Made by a program: the position numbers and the translations under genes
The notes under the pieces: model-generated
Told to the model about the DNA's origin: nothing
Databases searched by the model: none
The model's input: only the letters and a program-made list of their open reading frames with translations
In this document: piece after piece, positions 30,901 through 36,900 of the stretch
How the letters are laid out: the number at the start of each line of letters is the position of its first letter
Position numbering within the stretch: position 1 is the first letter of the stretch
Assembly: GCA_946407765.1 (NCBI GenBank)
Contig: CAMJPD010000001.1
Coordinates: 7,755-71,754, forward strand
From: an uncultured Lachnospiraceae bacterium
GTDB taxonomy: Bacteria > Bacillota > Clostridia > Lachnospirales > Lachnospiraceae
Direction: 5' to 3'
DNA length: 64,000 nt

Positions 30901-33900
30901 TTGTATACAAGAACAATAGTATAGTAGGAAGAACATTTGATATAGATTCTTCTAAGGTTTACTTTACTAAGAAATTAGAACTTGCAACTAATAGTAATAT
31001 AGATGCTCTCATTGCTATAGACAATGAATCTGAAGTTTATGTTCTTGCTACATCATCTATCATAGAAAATATAACAGGATATAACTTATTTGATGTAGAT
31101 AATAAGAGCTCATTAACATTTGCCTATAAGACAGATATGCTTAAGAATACTGCTCTTAGAAATGTAGTAAATGCAGAAAATGAAAGCACAGTAGTATTTG
31201 AAGGTGAAACTAATATAGAAGAAAATGATGTAAAGGTAGCGGTAATTAACGTAGCAGAAAAGACATCACTTGCATTTAATGGTGATACTAATATCGCTTA
31301 CAATAAATCTGATAAGACTATTCTACATGTAGCTAAGCTTAGCTCAGTTTCATTTGCAGGTAAGACTCTTGTAGATAGTAATAAGGCTACAGATAGCATC
31401 ATCAATTGCGAAAATAATAGTGAAATATCATATCTTGCATCAACAAGCATAGTTAACAATAAGACAGCAAATAGATTGTTCAGAATAGTAAATATGAGCA
31501 CAGTTTCATTTGCTGACAAGACCAATATACAAAATAATATAACTCAATATGGTATGTTCGATGTTAATAACTTAAGTAAGTTAACATTTGCCGGCGAGAC
31601 AATGATTTCAGAAAATACTGCTTATGATAATACAGTAGTATTCAGCATACAGAAGAACTCAGTTGTTGAGTTAAAAGCAACAGCATCAATCGTAAATAAC
31701 TTCATGGATTGGAAGAGAGTAGTTGCAGGAGCTGAGATGAGACTTGCAAGCACATCACTTGCAACATATAGCTCTATCTATATTGATAATACATCAGCTC
31801 TTGCCGTTGCTAAGACAATCAGAATAGAAAACAACAAAGTAGCTAAGGTTGTTAAGGTAGGAAGCGTAGCTAGTGATGCAGTTAAGTTTATCAACAATGC
31901 AAGAAATATCTACATCCAAGGCGCTGGTAAGATTAAAGTTATAGAAGGTGAAATCTTACATAAGGATTCTAAGATTTATCTTTCAGTTCAGAAGACAGAT
32001 AAAGAACCATTCTTCCTTGATTGGAAAGAAGACAAGATAGAAAACTTCAATGATGGTTATACGATTGCAGAAGAAATATTCTATGCAGATGAAGATCACA
32101 AGGATAGAAAGATAGTAAAACATGTTCAAGATGTATATCGTCGTGGTAAGAAGGCAGATGTAAAACTCTTCCTTGGTTCTAAGTATTATGATCTATATTA
32201 TAGATATAACAATATACCTATAGCTACACAACGTGTTGCACAATTCCCATATGCAGCATATGTAGATAAGATTTATGTTGAAAATAGAATAGTAGGTGAC
32301 CCTCCAAGAAAGATAACTGATCAAGATAAGTACATACTTTGGGAAGGTCCAGATTATAAAGACAATGACTTCTTCTTCAATGATTGGGATATGGAAGAAG
32401 TGCACAATGTTAAGATTACTTATAATAGAGTAGTTCGTAATGTAGTAGCAAGAACACTTATATATGAGGCAAATGATGGCTACTTCAATATGATAGATAA
32501 GGGCGAAGTATATAAGATTGCTTCATATTCTAAGCTAGTTCGTTATCAGAGACCAATTGCAACACTCCCTACACCAGGAAGAGTTGGTTATAAGTTCAAA
32601 TACTTCTCACTTGCAACACCAGATAGAGCATTCATATATGCAACATGGAGCAATGTAACATCTCCATCATTTGCCGTAAATGAAGTAACAAGATTCTGGA
32701 AAGAAGCAACAGCAAGTGTATATGCAGAATGGACACCTAATGTTTATAAGATTGCATTTAGACCAGGTGATCCAGAAGTTTATGGAATAACAGCAACTAT
32801 GAGCATGGTTTATGATAGAGAAGCTACACTATCTAGCCTTGGATATAAACTTGATGGTGCAACGTTCAAATATTGGGTAGATGAATTAACATCTAATATC
32901 ACACCAGTATTTGATAAGTATAAACAAAATATTTTAGATATAATCAATGCAAGACTTTCAGGAGGAGACATCCCAGAGCCTTATGGCGTTGGTCCTGCAT
33001 CTGAATCTATAAGTAATCTTGCAGAAAGAAATCTTTATGGAATACAGAAGCTTTATACTATAGCAGATTTAATTGCTATGCATAAAGATTATACTGGTTC
33101 AGGAATAAAGAATTATGATGAATTAGTAAGACTTGCAAGAACACTTAATCTTGAAGAAACAATAGAAAATACAAAATATTCTACTATTTCTATAGCTGCA
33201 CTTCGCGATATGATTTATGATGAAATCATAGGTCTTGGACAGAAAGCAACATATAGCGATATGGAAGTAGTTAAGAATGTCCGTTCTGCAAGTGGTTCAA
33301 CTGCAATACTTATTGCAAGTTGGTCAGAACATATTTACTATGTAGTATTTGACAAGGGTGTTCCTACATCACCACTTAAGGGTGCAGAAAATAAAGTTGA
33401 AGGCTTTATGGCAACACAAAGCTTCATGTATAGAGAGCTAAAAGCACTTGCAACAATGAGTTATACATTAGAGGGTTATACATTCCGTGAGTGGATTGCA
33501 CAACTTTCAAGCAATAGCGTATCTCCTAAGTATGTAATAAGAAGTTCATTCTCTAATTCTATGTTAGAAAATGCAGACCTTGTTCCATATGGTGAGATGG
33601 TTTATGCAGGTGAAGGCAGATATGTTCGCTATAGAGATTTAGATGATAATTATAGAACACTTAAAGATCTAGTTCGTTATGAGAAAGCAATACCAACTAA
33701 GTCTAGTGCAGAATTTACTGCAACATTCTCTGATATGGAAAAGATTGCAAGACTTGGTTCAAGATTTGTAGATAAGGATGTAATTAAACTTTACGCAGTT
33801 TGGGATCCTAATGAATATACAATTTACTTCAACCCTAATGATGCATCTCAACAAGATGAAGAACTTGTTTATATTGGTGAAGAAAGAGATGGCAAGAATG

Positions 33901-36900
33901 AAAAGCACCAAGGTTCATTTGGTACAATTGCTCAGAAGGACAGCGAATTCAAGGGAACAAGCTTTGCAACAATAAGCTATGCAAGAGAAGTTATCTACTC
34001 TAAGAAGGCACGTGTACTTGCATCTAAGTCAGTTCTGTATGATAGATATATAGCAACACTTGCAGAAGCAGAAAGAAAAGGATATAACTTCGAAGGTTGG
34101 TCAACAAAATCTAATATTGATATATGGGCAGATGATAAGCTTCCAAGTACAGATCCAGCAAAGACAGTATATTCAAATTCATCAGATATATATAGAAAAG
34201 CAACAGATACAACACTCTATGCTACTTGGAAAAACAATGAATACGTAGTTTACTATATTGCAACAGGAGCTATCATTTACAATGATAAGAATATGAAAGC
34301 TCTTGGTAGCATTACAGTTGGCGGTAGCATCTCTAATAAAGCTGTAGCTAAGGGACAACCTGCAGAATATGAAACTAATGTTCCAGAAGGAAAGAGAGCA
34401 GGTGGTAAGGGCTTATTCATCCTTGATGGAAATTATGATCTAGAATTAGATGGTGAAACACTATATCCTGATATAGATGTTAAACAAGTAAAACCTACAG
34501 GAATTTATCAAACAAGACTTGGTACATATATAGATGGCATCATGATTAAGAATAATGACCATATAGATGAAATGATTTCTATTGCATCTATGTCAGTATG
34601 GTTTGATATGGAATACGGTGCAACTGAGCCAGCAAGAGATAAGAAAGATAGAAAGATTGCAAGCTTTGCTCAAGCAGCTAAGTATGGATATGAATTCTAT
34701 GGATGGACACGTGATATCAATGCTGATTATAGAAAGGCAGTAGAAGATAAGACATATCTTGTATTAGAAGGAGATATGTATACTCTTGCAACTAACAGCT
34801 ATCTCTATGCAGTATTTGGTCCAAGCAGATATGAACTAGAAGTAAATTCTAACTACGGTTATTTCAAAGTTAAGTTTGAAGATAAACTCTACAGAGTTGC
34901 AACATATTCTAAGCTTGTAATATTTGGCAAGCCTATAGCAACACTTGCAATTCCAGGAAGAGTTGGTTATAAGTATATAGATTATAGAACAAGCACAACA
35001 TCAACAGTTGAAACACCAAGCTGGATTGTTCGTGAAGACACTCATTACTGGGCAACAACTAACAGCTCTATCTATGGAATATGGGAACCAAATAAATATA
35101 AGATTGTATTTAAGCCATACTATGACGAAGTTGTTGGCGTAACTGCAACAATGAGTATGTCTTATGATGAAGAAAGAAAGTTATCTAAGATGGGATACAC
35201 ACTTGATGGTGCAACATTCAAGTACTGGGTTGACGAAAATGATATGAATTACATCTTAAAGGAAGGTGCAACATCAGAAGGCGAGGCAAGTGATCTCATA
35301 ACAGAAATTACAGACCTCTTCCCTTACACAGCAAATAAAGACATTACTATGGAAGAATTTATTAAGAGGGCAGATGATTATGTTGGCACAGGTCTTAAGG
35401 GAGAGAAGGAACTTGTAAAACTTGCTAAGAATCTTGGATTCAAAGTAACTAACAATACAATAGATCAAGCAACTAAGAGAATGCTTCTTAACTTAATCTA
35501 CGATGAAATCATTGGTATAGGACAGAAAGCAACATATAGTGATATGGAAAAGGTTAAGAACTTAAGAGCAGCATCTGGTTCTATAGCAGTTCTTGTTGCA
35601 AGTTGGTCTGAACATACATATAGTATAAGATTTAATAAGAGACCTCCAGTATCACCATATGGATATAAGAAGACCAATACATATGAACAAAATTCTAAGA
35701 TTAATAAAGTAACAGGTAATATGGCATCAATGTCTCTTGCATATAGAGAAATTGCTGACTTAACCAAGAATGATTTTGAACTTGAAGGTTATACATTCAA
35801 GGGTTGGTATGCAAAACTTACAACACAAAGTGAAACAACAAAGTATAAGTACACACATAAGTTTGCAACTAACTCAATAGGAATGCCACTTAAGACTGAA
35901 TTTGGTCACATCTCTAAGGAAACTAATGTATATCAAAATCTTCTTGAATACTTAACATATGAAAATATAGAAAAGGTAGAAAACAACTTTGTATTCCTTG
36001 CAACATTCTCTGATATGGAAAAGATATCAAGACTTGCTGCTAAGACTAAGGATAAGGATATTGTTGATCTCTATGCAATTTGGGAACCTAATAAATATAA
36101 ACTTACATTCAATCCTAATGACGTGAAGTATGGTAACGGATTAACATATGCGGTAGTTAAGATAGATGGTAAGACATATGACTCATCTAAGACTAATGTT
36201 CTTGGAACAAAGAAAGTTGTATATGACCGTTATATGGAAGATCTCGCTACTGCAGAAAGAAAAGGTTATGACTTCGTTGGTTGGTCAACAAAATCTAATA
36301 TTGATATATGGGAAGATGATAAACTTCCTAAGGGAAATCCTAAGAAAGCAATATTTGCAACAAGAAGTGATGTATATAGAAGATCAACAGATACAATTCT
36401 CTATGCAACATGGAGAAATAAGAAGTATGACCTCTACTATATTGCAACCGGTGCAAGAATCTATAAAGATGACACACTTGCAGTTGATATTGCTAAGTAT
36501 TATGAAGGAAAGAATCTTGTAGATATTAATACAATCACTGACCCAGTAAGACTTGAAAAGATTATGGCTATCTCTACAAAGTCTGATTGGTTTGATATGG
36601 AATACGGAACAACAATTCCATCTAATAAGCCAAGTGAGAGAGCTCTAATTGAACTTCCTTATGCATATCGTGATGGATATGAATTCTATGGATGGTCTAC
36701 AGATAGTAATGCAAGTTCAACAAGAGCAATAAGAGAACCAAATTACCTTGTAACTAACAAGACAAAGCACTTAGTTGCACGTGATGAAAAATTATATGCA
36801 GTATTTGGAAATGACAGACATATTCTTACTATGTATGCAAATGGTGGTAAGTTCACTATAAAAGACCCTGTAACAAAGGTAGTTAAGACAGTAACTATGA

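Noticed and set aside
34060-34248. Two similar off-frame ORFs (34060-34248 and 36166-36522; both contain VGQQNLILIYG).
   Set aside because: Their similarity is a by-product of the internal tandem duplication of the giant gene. They are not independent genes.
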